Notes: a model not told the origin generated them from the letters alone. DNA of 64,000 nt from Chloroflexota bacterium (GCA_965216245.1 OZ244145.1:1804097-1868096); one strand, 5' to 3'; counted from the first letter of the stretch, positions 17,907 through 26,812 are shown. Numbers and translations are program-made.

Positions 17907-18857
17907 ATGAGGGCAACGATGGCAAAGAAGGCACCTGGCAAGCACTACCGCAAGGGCATATCCCTGATTGAATTGTACGAGATGTTCCCGAACGACGAAA
18001 CTGCCGAACAGTGGTTCGTTAGTGAGCGCTGGCCCGATGGACTGCGCTGTGCCTACTGCAATGGTGAGCGCGTGGGAGCTAAGGGTAATCACCCGACAAT
18101 GCCCTACCACTGTGGCGATTGCCGCAAGTTTTTCTCGGTCAAGACCGGCACGGTGATGCAGTCCAGCAAGATCGGCTACCGCAAGTGGGCGATGGCGATG
18201 TATCTCATGACTACAGGCGTCAAGGGTACTTCCAGCATGAAGCTACACCGTGATATCAACGTGACGCAAAAGACCGCTTGGCACATGGCACACAGAATCC
18301 GTAGAGCGTGGGACAATGAGATTGAGCCGTTTGCTGGAACCACAGAGATTGACGAAACCTATATGGGCGGCAAGGAACGCAACAAGCACGCATCCAAGAA
18401 GCTGAACGCGGGGCGCGGGCCGGTAGGCAAGACACCAGTGATCGGTGCCAAAGAGCGAGAGTCCAACAAAGTGTCTGCAATCCCCATCCCCGCCACGGAC
18501 AGCGAGACGCTAGAGGGCTTTGTCAACGATAAGGTGAAAGCTGGCTCCAAAGTCATTACCGACGATCATGGCGGATATCGGGGCTTGGGCAACGTAGAGC
18601 ATGAGACAGTCAGGCACTCCGCCCGCGAGTACGTACGTGAGCAAATTCACACCAACGGGATAGAGTCGTTCTGGTCTCTCTTGAAGCGCGGCTACGTGGG
18701 AACGTACCATCACATGAGCGTAAAGCACTTAGACCGCTACGTTAGCGAGTTTGCAGGACGGCACAACGACCGACCGTCAAACACGATAGACCAAATGCGC
18801 CACATGGTGCAGAACATGCAGGGCAAGCGACTGCGCTACCAGGACTTGATTGCGTAG
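17907..18857 (+). CDS. IS1595-family (ISXO2-like) transposase
   Basis: 97% identical to ORF 12471..13409. Preceded by a 9-bp-stem inverted repeat (TTTGCTGCT..AGCAGCAAA) with a TATAAT in the loop. Confidence 0.9.
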   Translation: MRATMAKKAPGKHYRKGISLIELYEMFPNDETAEQWFVSERWPDGLRCAYCNGERVGAKGNHPTMPYHCGDCRKFFSVKTGTVMQSSKIGYRKWAMAMYLMTTGVKGTSSMKLHRDINVTQKTAWHMAHRIRRAWDNEIEPFAGTTEIDETYMGGKERNKHASKKLNAGRGPVGKTPVIGAKERESNKVSAIPIPATDSETLEGFVNDKVKAGSKVITDDHGGYRGLGNVEHETVRHSAREYVREQIHTNGIESFWSLLKRGYVGTYHHMSVKHLDRYVSEFAGRHNDRPSNTIDQMRHMVQNMQGKRLRYQDLIA

Positions 18858-18899
18858 AATGACAGAAGCCCCCGCGTCATTGCGGGGGCTTCTGTCATT
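18858..18899. terminator. 18-bp-stem hairpin between transposase and small membrane-protein gene (copy 2)
   Basis: AATGACAGAAGCCCCCGC-GTCATT-GCGGGGGCTTCTGTCATT. Confidence 0.6.
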
Positions 18900-18910
18900 C
18901 ACACATCCGC

Positions 18911-19444
18911 TTAACGGTACGATAGCAATTCGTCTCTAAGAACCACGCCGAGCACCTTTCTAGTGTCTGTGTGGTCGACACCAGTCTCGTAAGCGCGTCG
19001 GCGCACACGTGCTTCCATTTCCGGGGAGAGTTGATCGAGCACAAAGGTTTGGCAAAACATATCCACCTCAAAATCCTCTTTGCCCTCAAGTTCCCCGCGC
19101 AGTGTGGGGGCTATTTTCTTCGCCCAATCCCAAGCTCCCATCGCTTTTGCCGATTCTTCGCCGTGCTCCGTCAAGCTCAGTGGGCTTTCAACCTTGAACT
19201 GTGCAGGCGGCATCACTTTGAAGATGCCGAGAATGTGGTCTCTGATTTTCTCAATGGCTTTCTCAACTTTGTCCATACTGCCATCGAGTTTATCTATCCT
19301 ACTGTCAACAGCATCAAGTCTAGTATCAACCTTCCCTGTCCAGCGAGCAAAGCCAAAATGCCAAGCGGCAAGAGCTATGATTCCAACGGTGCCAGCACCA
19401 ATGACCGCAGCAATGATTGTGCCTAAATCCAACCATTCAGGCAT
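18911..19444 (-). CDS. small membrane-anchored coiled-coil protein, paralogue of 11866..12417
   Basis: Same architecture and conserved C-terminus. Confidence 0.6.
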   Translation of the reverse strand: MPEWLDLGTIIAAVIGAGTVGIIALAAWHFGFARWTGKVDTRLDAVDSRIDKLDGSMDKVEKAIEKIRDHILGIFKVMPPAQFKVESPLSLTEHGEESAKAMGAWDWAKKIAPTLRGELEGKEDFEVDMFCQTFVLDQLSPEMEARVRRRAYETGVDHTDTRKVLGVVLRDELLSYR

Positions 19445-19607
19445 ATCCCCTCGCTCCTACCCTGGCTGTCAGGTAGGTCTCCTCTTTGATTCGCATTGCC
19501 TTTCTCCTTTGTTTTTCTCATGCCCGTGTTCCTCCTCACAAAACGCCTACAAATACAGTATACTGTTTACGGTGTAAAGAGGTAACCCCCGGCGAAAGGC
19601 GCGAGCA

Positions 19608-19739
19608 ATGGACAAGCCAAAAGCGACTAGCAAAGGCAAGGTGGGGAGACCAGTCACCAAGACCATGCCGCCGCGCATAGATGCGCCGGTCAAAGACGTG
19701 GCCCGCGTTGTGCTCAAGGCTCCGCCGCCGAAGAAGTAG
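19608..19739 (+). CDS. conserved 43-aa basic micro-ORF upstream of the MTase (copy 2)
   Basis: Hand-translated: MDKPKATSKGKVGRPVTKTMPPRIDAPVKDVARVVLKAPPPKK. The stop lies 7 nt before the MTase ATG. Confidence 0.45.
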   Translation: MDKPKATSKGKVGRPVTKTMPPRIDAPVKDVARVVLKAPPPKK

Positions 19740-19746
19740 CCAAGAA

Positions 19747-20988
19747 ATGGCTACTTCAAATTGGGCAAACCGCTCCATCTTCACCGGTGACAATCTCGAT
19801 ATCATGCGCGGCATGAATGCGGAGACGGTTGACCTTATCTATCTTGATCCACCATTCAACTCTAACAAGAACTACTCCGCTCCAGTAGGTTCTAAAGCCG
19901 CAGGCGCAGCGTTCAAGGACACCTGGACGCTATCCGACTTAGATGTTGCCTGGATGGGTCTCATTGCCGACCAAGAACCTGCTATCTACAAGCTACTAGA
20001 GACCGCCCGACTGACACATGGCAAGGGAATGCAGTCCTACTTGTGCATGATGGCAGTGCGATTGCTGGAGATGCGTCGGTTGCTAAAAGAGACGGGGAGC
20101 ATATATCTGCATTGCGATCCGTATGCTAGTCACTACTTGAAGCTGCTAATGGACGCGGTATTTGGGAGAGCGAACTTTAGGAATGAAGTTCACTGGTATT
20201 ACTACAACAAGATGCATGACTATAGAAAGAAGCTGTTTGCTGCAGCAACAGATACTATTCTGGTTTACGTAAAGGATGTCAGCGCAGACTTCTTTTTTCA
20301 GCAGCAGACCGAACCCCGTGATAAGCCAATGCGTCAACTGAAAAGAAGAAAAGTCGAAGGTCGAATGGTCAACGCCAGAGATGCAGACGGAAACCTCATG
20401 TATCAGGTCAAGACAGAACGAACTGTTGATAATGTTTGGCGTATCCCTGCACTTCAGCCCGCATCCAAAGAGCGAACGGGGTTTCCCACGCAGAAGCCCC
20501 TGGCTCTTCTCAAACGCATCATTAGAGCTAGTTCTAGTCATGACGATGTCGTGCTAGACCCATTTGCCGGATGCGCAACCACTTTAATTGCTGCCCAAGC
20601 TGAAGGAAGGCAATGGGTGGGAATGGACCTATCACCAAAGGCGGTCGATCTAGTAAAGCAGCGCATTGATGCGCTGTCTGCTGTACCCATTACAATCGTT
20701 GCACGGACAGATATACCACAGCGCACAGACATTGATGCACCTATCCATTATCGGCAGAACAAGCACGTGTTATACGGTCAACAAGAGGGATTGTGTAACG
20801 GCTGTAAGATGGACTTCCCGTTCAAGATATTCGATGTAGACCACAGAACACCGAAATCTAGGGGCGGTACCGATCACCTGGATAACCTGCAATTGCTATG
20901 CTCTTCGTGCAATCGCATCAAGGGCGATAGACCCATGGAATATCTGATGGCGCAACTGTCGAATCAAGGCACGGCAAGCGTCTATTAG
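19747..20988 (+). CDS. beta-class DNA methyltransferase fused to a C-terminal HNH endonuclease domain
   Basis: DPPF then DPFAGCATT motifs. The MTase domain is ~60% identical to 9940..11529. C-terminal CNGC...DHRTPKSRGG...NLQLLCSSCN is a canonical HNH. The ORF track starts at 19681; ATG 19747 chosen by alignment with the paralogue. Confidence 0.8.
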   Translation: MATSNWANRSIFTGDNLDIMRGMNAETVDLIYLDPPFNSNKNYSAPVGSKAAGAAFKDTWTLSDLDVAWMGLIADQEPAIYKLLETARLTHGKGMQSYLCMMAVRLLEMRRLLKETGSIYLHCDPYASHYLKLLMDAVFGRANFRNEVHWYYYNKMHDYRKKLFAAATDTILVYVKDVSADFFFQQQTEPRDKPMRQLKRRKVEGRMVNARDADGNLMYQVKTERTVDNVWRIPALQPASKERTGFPTQKPLALLKRIIRASSSHDDVVLDPFAGCATTLIAAQAEGRQWVGMDLSPKAVDLVKQRIDALSAVPITIVARTDIPQRTDIDAPIHYRQNKHVLYGQQEGLCNGCKMDFPFKIFDVDHRTPKSRGGTDHLDNLQLLCSSCNRIKGDRPMEYLMAQLSNQGTASVY

Positions 20989-21006
20989 ACGGGGCACAGC
21001 GTATAG

Positions 21007-21276
21007 TTTAGGCTATGGGAGTTGGGTAGGGCCGAGGGATGTTAAAGAGTTAACATTAGTCCTACTGGACTAGCACTTGCTGGGTTTTGACCTCCTGTGT
21101 GGTTTCACGGGGACGGTTTTTGGACCTGGTTTGTTGCCCTGGCGTACTTGCCGGGGTTTTGTAATGCACTTAGAGGCGTTACTTCTAGAAGTGCTTCTGG
21201 AGGTACTTCTAGATTTGGAAGTAGCCATTCTACTGGCTCCTTTCCCCACAGCCCTACCCAACTCTGATAGCCTAAA
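21007..21276. mobile_element. 270-bp MITE-like element nested in the tail of copy 2, with 25-bp terminal inverted repeats
   Basis: TTTAGGCTATGGGAGTTGGGTAGGG at 21007 versus the reverse complement of 21252..21276 (23/25 match). Interior has palindromes ATGTTAA-N4-TTAACAT and CTTCTAGAAG. This segment is absent from copy 1. Confidence 0.4.
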
Positions 21277-21519
21277 CCTTGCAGTCAGTTTTGTGGTCGC
21301 TTACAATAGAGAAAGCGGTAGCCCGCTCACATGGCTGAGGTGTCCGGGAAAGACATGGCCTCAGCCATTGGCTTTTAAATGACTCTACCATAATGCGCTA
21401 CGGAATCCCATACCCAAACGCGGGATATAGTCATTCCGCTTTCCGCTACTACAAGATATAGGCCGCCTGGTCTCTATAGGCCAGTATAGCACGTCTGTTT
21501 ACTTAGGTATATAATTCCC

Positions 21520-22254
21520 TTTGTAAACTCGTATGTGACAGACCAGGCTTACCGGACAGATGTCTGGTGCACCATCTATCCGCACTTGAGCAATCTCAAT
21601 CGACAGGAATTACACTCTTTTCTCCAGTCCTTTCAGTTAGCCACTGCCGCATCCTTTTCTTTTGATAGATGCCAGGTGACAGCAAGCGTTCAGCCGACGC
21701 CACGACCGCAGCCCACACCAACTCCAACACCACGGCCCACGCCGGCACCTACGCAGTACATCGATCCCGCGTTGGCCGGAGTCATACGTGCACTGCAAAA
21801 CACCGAGTACGGCAAGGTACTGCACCAAGCGCTGCGTGAGAGCAACGTGGTCCACGTGGGCTATAAAGACCTCGCCTATCTTGGTTATTCTATCGCGTCC
21901 TTCAAACCCACTCTTGAAGGCGACCAGATCTTCTTAGGCGATTCCGTGCGCAACGAGAGCGTGGATGCCAAAGCAGCCATGCTCGCACATGAGATCTACC
22001 ACGCCTGGTTTTGGGCCACCGGCCGCCACGTGCGCTCAGTTGAGGGGTGCTACGAAGAAGAAATACAAGCAACCCGCGCACACGCCAAGTGGTGGTACGA
22101 GCGGTTTGGAGAGAGCGGTAAGCCCAGGCCGTCAGGAGAGGAGCGTAAGTTCAACGCGGCCGTGGCGCGGTGGCTGGAAGGGGAAATAGGAGACTGGATA
22201 CGTGCCGAGGAACTGTACCAGACACAGTGTTCGCATGAATACTATACGAATTGA
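21520..22254 (+). pseudogene. 3' portion of the interrupted secreted HExxH-protein gene (PT linker plus HEIYH domain)
   Basis: The ORF-track 21535..22254 frame continues from 17812 across the insertion. HEIYH...E aligns with HETIH of the 8468 protein. Confidence 0.6.
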
Positions 22255-22385
22255 CTCTATATGTGGTTTTTGCCCTAGACAGAGCACCCGCCCAAAGGGG
22301 TCGTGATGCCAAGGGAATAGACAGCGAAGTGACCAGCATGACCATTGGGAACACGAAGTAGACGTCTAGACCTAATTGCCTGGGA

Positions 22386-22793
22386 TTAGAACAATCCACT
22401 GAGCGCCTCCTGAGGAGCCACTGCACGAATTGGGGAACGTGCGTAGTCCCTGCCGTTCCTGGTGACAATGTGTCTAGCTCCGCAGGCACGGGCGGCAGCC
22501 ACCTGCATGGCGTCCTCGAAGTCAGCCATTGGTAGCTCGGCGGCATAGCGGATGCTTTCGGTGTCGGTCGTAGCTACCGCCACGAAGCGCGTAAGCTCGA
22601 CAATGAAGTCGCGCGCGCTCACGCCTCCAAGCGCTGGAGACACGATGTAATAGAAGTTGGATATGGAGTGCCACGCGATGAATGCCGCCTCTGCGCCCTG
22701 CTCAATCCGGTCCAGAAGTTCCGACGCTGGTGCGGAATGCGGATGCCTGTCGAGTGCGACGTCTATGAGTACGTCGGTGTCGAGAAGTATCAT
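22386..22793 (-). CDS. vapC: PIN-domain ribonuclease toxin VapC
   Basis: MILLDTDVLID... start with conserved acidic residues of PIN domains. 4-nt overlap with the upstream antitoxin gene. Confidence 0.75.
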   Translation of the reverse strand: MILLDTDVLIDVALDRHPHSAPASELLDRIEQGAEAAFIAWHSISNFYYIVSPALGGVSARDFIVELTRFVAVATTDTESIRYAAELPMADFEDAMQVAAARACGARHIVTRNGRDYARSPIRAVAPQEALSGLF

Positions 22794-23017
22794 CGGAGGT
22801 ACTTATCGGCCAGTGCATCATAACGCGGATCATCATCGCGCTCCGCCGCCTGAAACTTGCCTCGCCACCGCTCGGAAAAGGAGGGCTCGTATTCCCCCGC
22901 CATTTCCCTGAGAGACTGCTCAACCAGTGACGAAAGGGACACGCCGCGAGATCGGGCGTAGCGTTTTGCCACCGGCAATAGGTCTGCGTCCACTGTGACT
23001 GTGAGCTTCTGTTTCAT
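22790..23017 (-). CDS. vapB: VapB-type antitoxin (small DNA-binding protein)
   Basis: 75-aa ORF immediately upstream of, and overlapping, vapC. Confidence 0.5.
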   Translation of the reverse strand: MKQKLTVTVDADLLPVAKRYARSRGVSLSSLVEQSLREMAGEYEPSFSERWRGKFQAAERDDDPRYDALADKYLR

Positions 23018-23569
23018 AGTGGCTTGGTGCCTCCCGAGTTAGTATACTGATGCCTTATATAAGTATACGTGCACTGGTAGCGGTGTTCAAGAGTTCCAGT
23101 CCCAAATACTGTCTGTATCGGCGTTGCTACGGTGATTCTAGGTTTCCCGGCACTTTTGCAGGCAAGAAGACACATGGAAATTGACTGGCGTAGAGTGAAA
23201 CTAATGGCTAGTTTCTCTGGTTGGTGCTGCGGTTTCGCCATAATTCGCGCTTGTTGTCTTTCTCATGCTTCAGTCACCTCTGCCGGAAGTGATCTCTTTC
23301 ATGGGAAAGTTCAGACGCAAGGACCGGCTGGTGGATGTCAGACCGATCTCTTGGGAACCCACCGAAAGAGCGAGTTCACCGAAACTGGTAGAAGAAGACT
23401 GTTCCTTTAGTTCCACCTTCCCACGACGGCTGGATGATCAAGAAGGAGCAGGCACGGTCAGGCGGAGGAGGATGGTGTTGTCCAACTTCAGGTCGCTGCC
23501 CCAAATCAGTTGGGCGGCTTCGTCCCATTGGATCGTGTTGTAGCCGTCCCTGGGGCGCACAGCGGCCTC

Positions 23570-24256
23570 CTACCACTCAGTGGCGGGGCTCCACGTGCCG
23601 GCGTCAAAGTCGGCGCCGGTCCAGCCTGGAGGGGCCTCCGTGCTCTCGAACCGGCAGGCGGTGTTTGGGTCTGCGGCCTTCTCGCACTCGGGATTCAGCG
23701 GTGCGCGATGGATCACCATCAGTTGCCAACTCCCGTTGGTGACGGCCACAACCTTCCCGGTGCCGACATCTGTGATTTGCGCGATGATGCCGCCGTCGCC
23801 CATCTGTTGGTTGCGCTCCCCGATGTACTCGAGTCCCGAGTTGGTTTCCTTGAAGTCTTTGGCCACGATGCCGATGGTCAGGGGGTAGGCGGCGGTAAAG
23901 ACGATGGTCTCGGAGTTGAATGAGCGCTCTGTTGTGATGGGAGTCGAATCTTCGCCGACTAACTCCCCATTGACGTAGAAGGCGAACCAATTGTCGGCCC
24001 ACACCTCAGCCACGAATTGAGACGTTGCGCCTTGGCCGGAAGATGGTTCATTGGCGGCAGTTGGCGGCTGGTCCCTGGTAGTTGAAGGCCGGTTGTATGG
24101 AAATAGCAGATCGGCCGGTAGCTGAAGAGGGGCCAGCCGGAAGAGGAGATAGGAATGAGTAACAGAGCCCAAAGGCGTCGTGTTCTGAAAAGGGAAAACC
24201 AAGTGTGCGGTCTTCACATGGGGGCTGCGGCAAGCCGATCGAGAAAGGGGAACCAT
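23570..24256 (-). CDS. hypothetical protein
   Basis: ORF track only; start uncertain because it overlaps the divergent HNH-like ORF start. Confidence 0.3.
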   Translation of the reverse strand: MVPLSRSACRSPHVKTAHLVFPFQNTTPLGSVTHSYLLFRLAPLQLPADLLFPYNRPSTTRDQPPTAANEPSSGQGATSQFVAEVWADNWFAFYVNGELVGEDSTPITTERSFNSETIVFTAAYPLTIGIVAKDFKETNSGLEYIGERNQQMGDGGIIAQITDVGTGKVVAVTNGSWQLMVIHRAPLNPECEKAADPNTACRFESTEAPPGWTGADFDAGTWSPATEW

Positions 24257-24591
24257 GCAACGTTGATCACATATTTCCCAGGGATCTCTTTTCCAAAGTG
24301 GCGGAAGGGCGCATTGCTGAATTCAACGAGGACTGGAACTGCCAACCCACCCATGTGGCCTGCAACGATTCAAAGGACTTTCGGTTGAACGAGTGGCCTC
24401 GCTTCACCTGCAAGTGCCATTACTTACAGGTGTGTGAACGCGACCTTTACGTTTACACCAGGGGTGTCATTGGTGAGGGAAAGCACAAGCTCATTGAGGA
24501 AATCGTTTCGGTCCGAAACGATAAGGTGGACGCCAAAATTGTAATCGGCACCGGTAAAGGCAAAGAGGGCGCCAATATCGTGGGCTATTGA
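24205..24591 (+). CDS. HNH-nuclease-like small protein
   Basis: CGKPIEKGEPCNVDHIFPRD...CQPTHVACNDSKD fits C-x(n)-C...DH..P...N...H..CN. Confidence 0.4.
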   Translation: MRSSHGGCGKPIEKGEPCNVDHIFPRDLFSKVAEGRIAEFNEDWNCQPTHVACNDSKDFRLNEWPRFTCKCHYLQVCERDLYVYTRGVIGEGKHKLIEEIVSVRNDKVDAKIVIGTGKGKEGANIVGY

Positions 24592-24813
24592 TAGAATAGA
24601 TTTGGATACCTGCTGCCCGGATTCGCCGCATCAGGTGTTGAAGAGTTCAACCTAACGGAACGTGGCTGCGTCGGGCCTCCGGTGCCAAGATTCATATAAA
24701 AGGACGAGGTAGGGCGCATTGTCGCTAAGCGGGGATCTACGGGAGGGTCGTTTAGATAGTCATGGCGCGCCGGCCAGAGGCATTGTGCACATCTGGCCGT
24801 CCGTACCTTGATG

Positions 24814-24888
24814 GCGGGGCTGTGGATGGGTGATGATAGCGGGGCTGTGGATGGTTGATGATAGCGGGGCTGTGGATGGTTGATGAAA
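24814..24888. repeat. 3 x 25-bp tandem repeat GCGGGGCTGTGGATGGKTGATGATA
   Basis: Read directly from the sequence, about 100 bp upstream of the lipoprotein gene. Confidence 0.85.
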
Positions 24889-24990
24889 AGAGTAAGACAG
24901 CGTGATGCTAAGACAGACAAAAGGAGAGAACATGCCCACCAAGCCTAGGAAGACCGACACCATCACCTTCTCCCCCCAAGTGAGGTTGAC

Positions 24991-25437
24991 ATGCCGCGGA
25001 ACGTGAAATTTTGGGTCGGCGGTCTGCTCGGCGTGCTCCTGGTCGCGGCGTGCGGTGGGGGGCAAAGTGTCATCTCGCTGGAGGTCGGAGACTGCTTTGA
25101 CGACCCGGCCAGCCAGACCGCCGAGGTGTCGTACGTCGACGAAGTCTCATGCTCGGAGGCCCACGACAACGAGGTCTACGCGGTCGCCGACCATCCTGCG
25201 AGCGACGGCGCGCCGTTTCCCGGCGATGAAGTGCTTGACATCTACAGCAGTGGCTACTGCCTCAGTGAATTCGAGACCTACGTCGGCATCTCCTACGAGG
25301 AGTCCCGTCTCGACTTAGGTTACTTTTACCCCTTACGGGATGGATGGGAGCAGGACGGCGACCGTGAGGTCAACTGCTACCTCTACGACCTGGAATTCGC
25401 CAAACTCACGGGGTCAATGAAGGGCAGTGGTGAGTAG
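24991..25437 (+). CDS. lipoprotein (lipobox LVAAC), unknown function
   Basis: Signal peptide with LVAACGG lipobox; Cys/Asp-rich mature domain. Confidence 0.6.
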   Translation: MPRNVKFWVGGLLGVLLVAACGGGQSVISLEVGDCFDDPASQTAEVSYVDEVSCSEAHDNEVYAVADHPASDGAPFPGDEVLDIYSSGYCLSEFETYVGISYEESRLDLGYFYPLRDGWEQDGDREVNCYLYDLEFAKLTGSMKGSGE

Positions 25438-25551
25438 CCCTCACCGCGTGATCCAGCCTCGTGGACAAAATCCCGCATAGGCCCCTTTGTTTTGGTCTGC
25501 GCCGCTATCCCGACCGCTCCGCCCTCCGACGGTTTCCAAAACAGGGGGACT

Positions 25552-25562
25552 CCCCCCCCCCC
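25552..25562. repeat. C11 homopolymer inside an AACAGGG...CCCTGTT inverted repeat, followed by GGTTACA-containing direct repeats
   Basis: Read directly from the sequence. Confidence 0.85.
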
Positions 25563-26080
25563 TTTACCCTGTTGTACAGATTGGGGACATAGGTTACATA
25601 TGTTCGGGCACATGGGTTACACATTTTGCTCCTTGAGATATAGGGATGTTATGGGTTGGCCCGAGAAGAAAACGTTCAAGACGACACAATGCGCTCGTGT
25701 TCAACCCGTTAGCTTGTGCCAGGGCCACAAACTCTTTCCACAACGACATTGACTGTATCCATCTTCCATGGCATGGTCATTCTCTTCTACAGAAACCCGA
25801 TGTCTCATGGTGTAACCTAATGTACCCGGTCTATACGACCCCCGGCGGGAGGTGCGCCCCTGCACCCCGATCGACGAGACGATAGCCCCATCCCCCATCC
25901 TTGACGGCGTAGTCGTATTTGTCGTTGTACAATCCTCTATTGACAACGCAATTCGGTGTTCTTGCGCTTAAGCAACTACGGCATTCAGTCCTGCATCCCA
26001 AGAATCGCGTTCATCTCAATTCGCGCTGGGAAAAGATTGATGATGCAACACATTTGAAATTTGGCGGTGACCACGTCGGA

Positions 26081-26416
26081 ATGGTAATCACGGTCTCCTT
26101 GTCCCCAGAGATGGCCCAACAGTTGCGGCAGGTGGTGAAAAAGGAGGATCGCACCGTTGAGCGAGCTGCCCGGGAAGCCATCCGCCTCTACATTGAGGAA
26201 CGGGAGTGGAGACGCCTTCAGCGGTACGGAAGGCTGCGGACAAGCGAGCAGGGCATCGCCCCCGAAGACGTTGAGCGGCTGGTGGACGAGCACCGGGATG
26301 AAATGTTGGGCCAAAGGAGTATCGAACGAGGATTCTCTGTCTGTAGTAATGCTGGCGTTTTTCGCAGCATCCTGGTTCCAAGCTGCAGTTTGCCAGGGCC
26401 TGCCCGTGCCTCTTAG
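26081..26416 (+). CDS. ribbon-helix-helix (CopG-like) DNA-binding protein
   Basis: MVITVSLSPEMAQQLRQVVKKEDRTVERAAREAIRLYIEE is typical of an RHH N-terminus. The ORF track starts at 25919. Confidence 0.4.
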   Translation: MVITVSLSPEMAQQLRQVVKKEDRTVERAAREAIRLYIEEREWRRLQRYGRLRTSEQGIAPEDVERLVDEHRDEMLGQRSIERGFSVCSNAGVFRSILVPSCSLPGPARAS

Positions 26417-26752
26417 GATACGGACTAGAGTACAATAGTGTGTGAAACCTGCTCTGGTGTTAAAGTACGGTAATTGGCGCCGCAAGCTCCTGCGGTGTTA
26501 GGTGTGCTGAGCTTCGAGTGCGGTTTGGGAGAGTTCGCAAACGTGTGTCCAGAATTCTCAACCACCCGTTGCTGATCAGGGCACGAATGTGTCGCTAAAA
26601 GGCTCTTGCCACTTGAATTGGCGGAGGGCCCGTGGGGAGAGTAGACCGGCGCCTTGCCGGCACTGAATTCTGCGTAATCCTGCCCATGAGGCGGGATGGG
26701 ACTGGATAGATCTCGGTTCGCCCGACGCCTTGGCCCTGTTCTCCTGGGAAAA

Positions 26753-26812
26753 GGGGAATTGGCTGCTAGGCAGAGGGGTAATTGCTACCAGGGCGAAGGA
26801 ATTGCTGCTACC
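26753..26812. repeat. three direct repeats GG(G)AATTG(G)CTRCYA spaced about 22 bp apart
   Basis: Read directly from the sequence, about 400 bp upstream of the M16 peptidase gene. Confidence 0.6.

Larger units (their letters stand above)
17813..21519 (+). mobile_element. IS1595-family cargo transposon copy 2 (3707 bp), inverted relative to copy 1, 8-bp TSD TTTGTAAA
   Basis: IR GGGAATTATATACGAAAGTAAAC at 17813 and its reverse complement ending at 21519. Direct repeat TTTGTAAA at 17805..17812 and 21520..21527. Confidence 0.8.

Noticed and set aside
21070-21382. Small ORFs with STSRSTSRS-type repeats inside the MITE-like element
   Set aside because: The peptide repeats are a by-product of the CTTCTAGAAG DNA palindromes. 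No start context or conservation was found.
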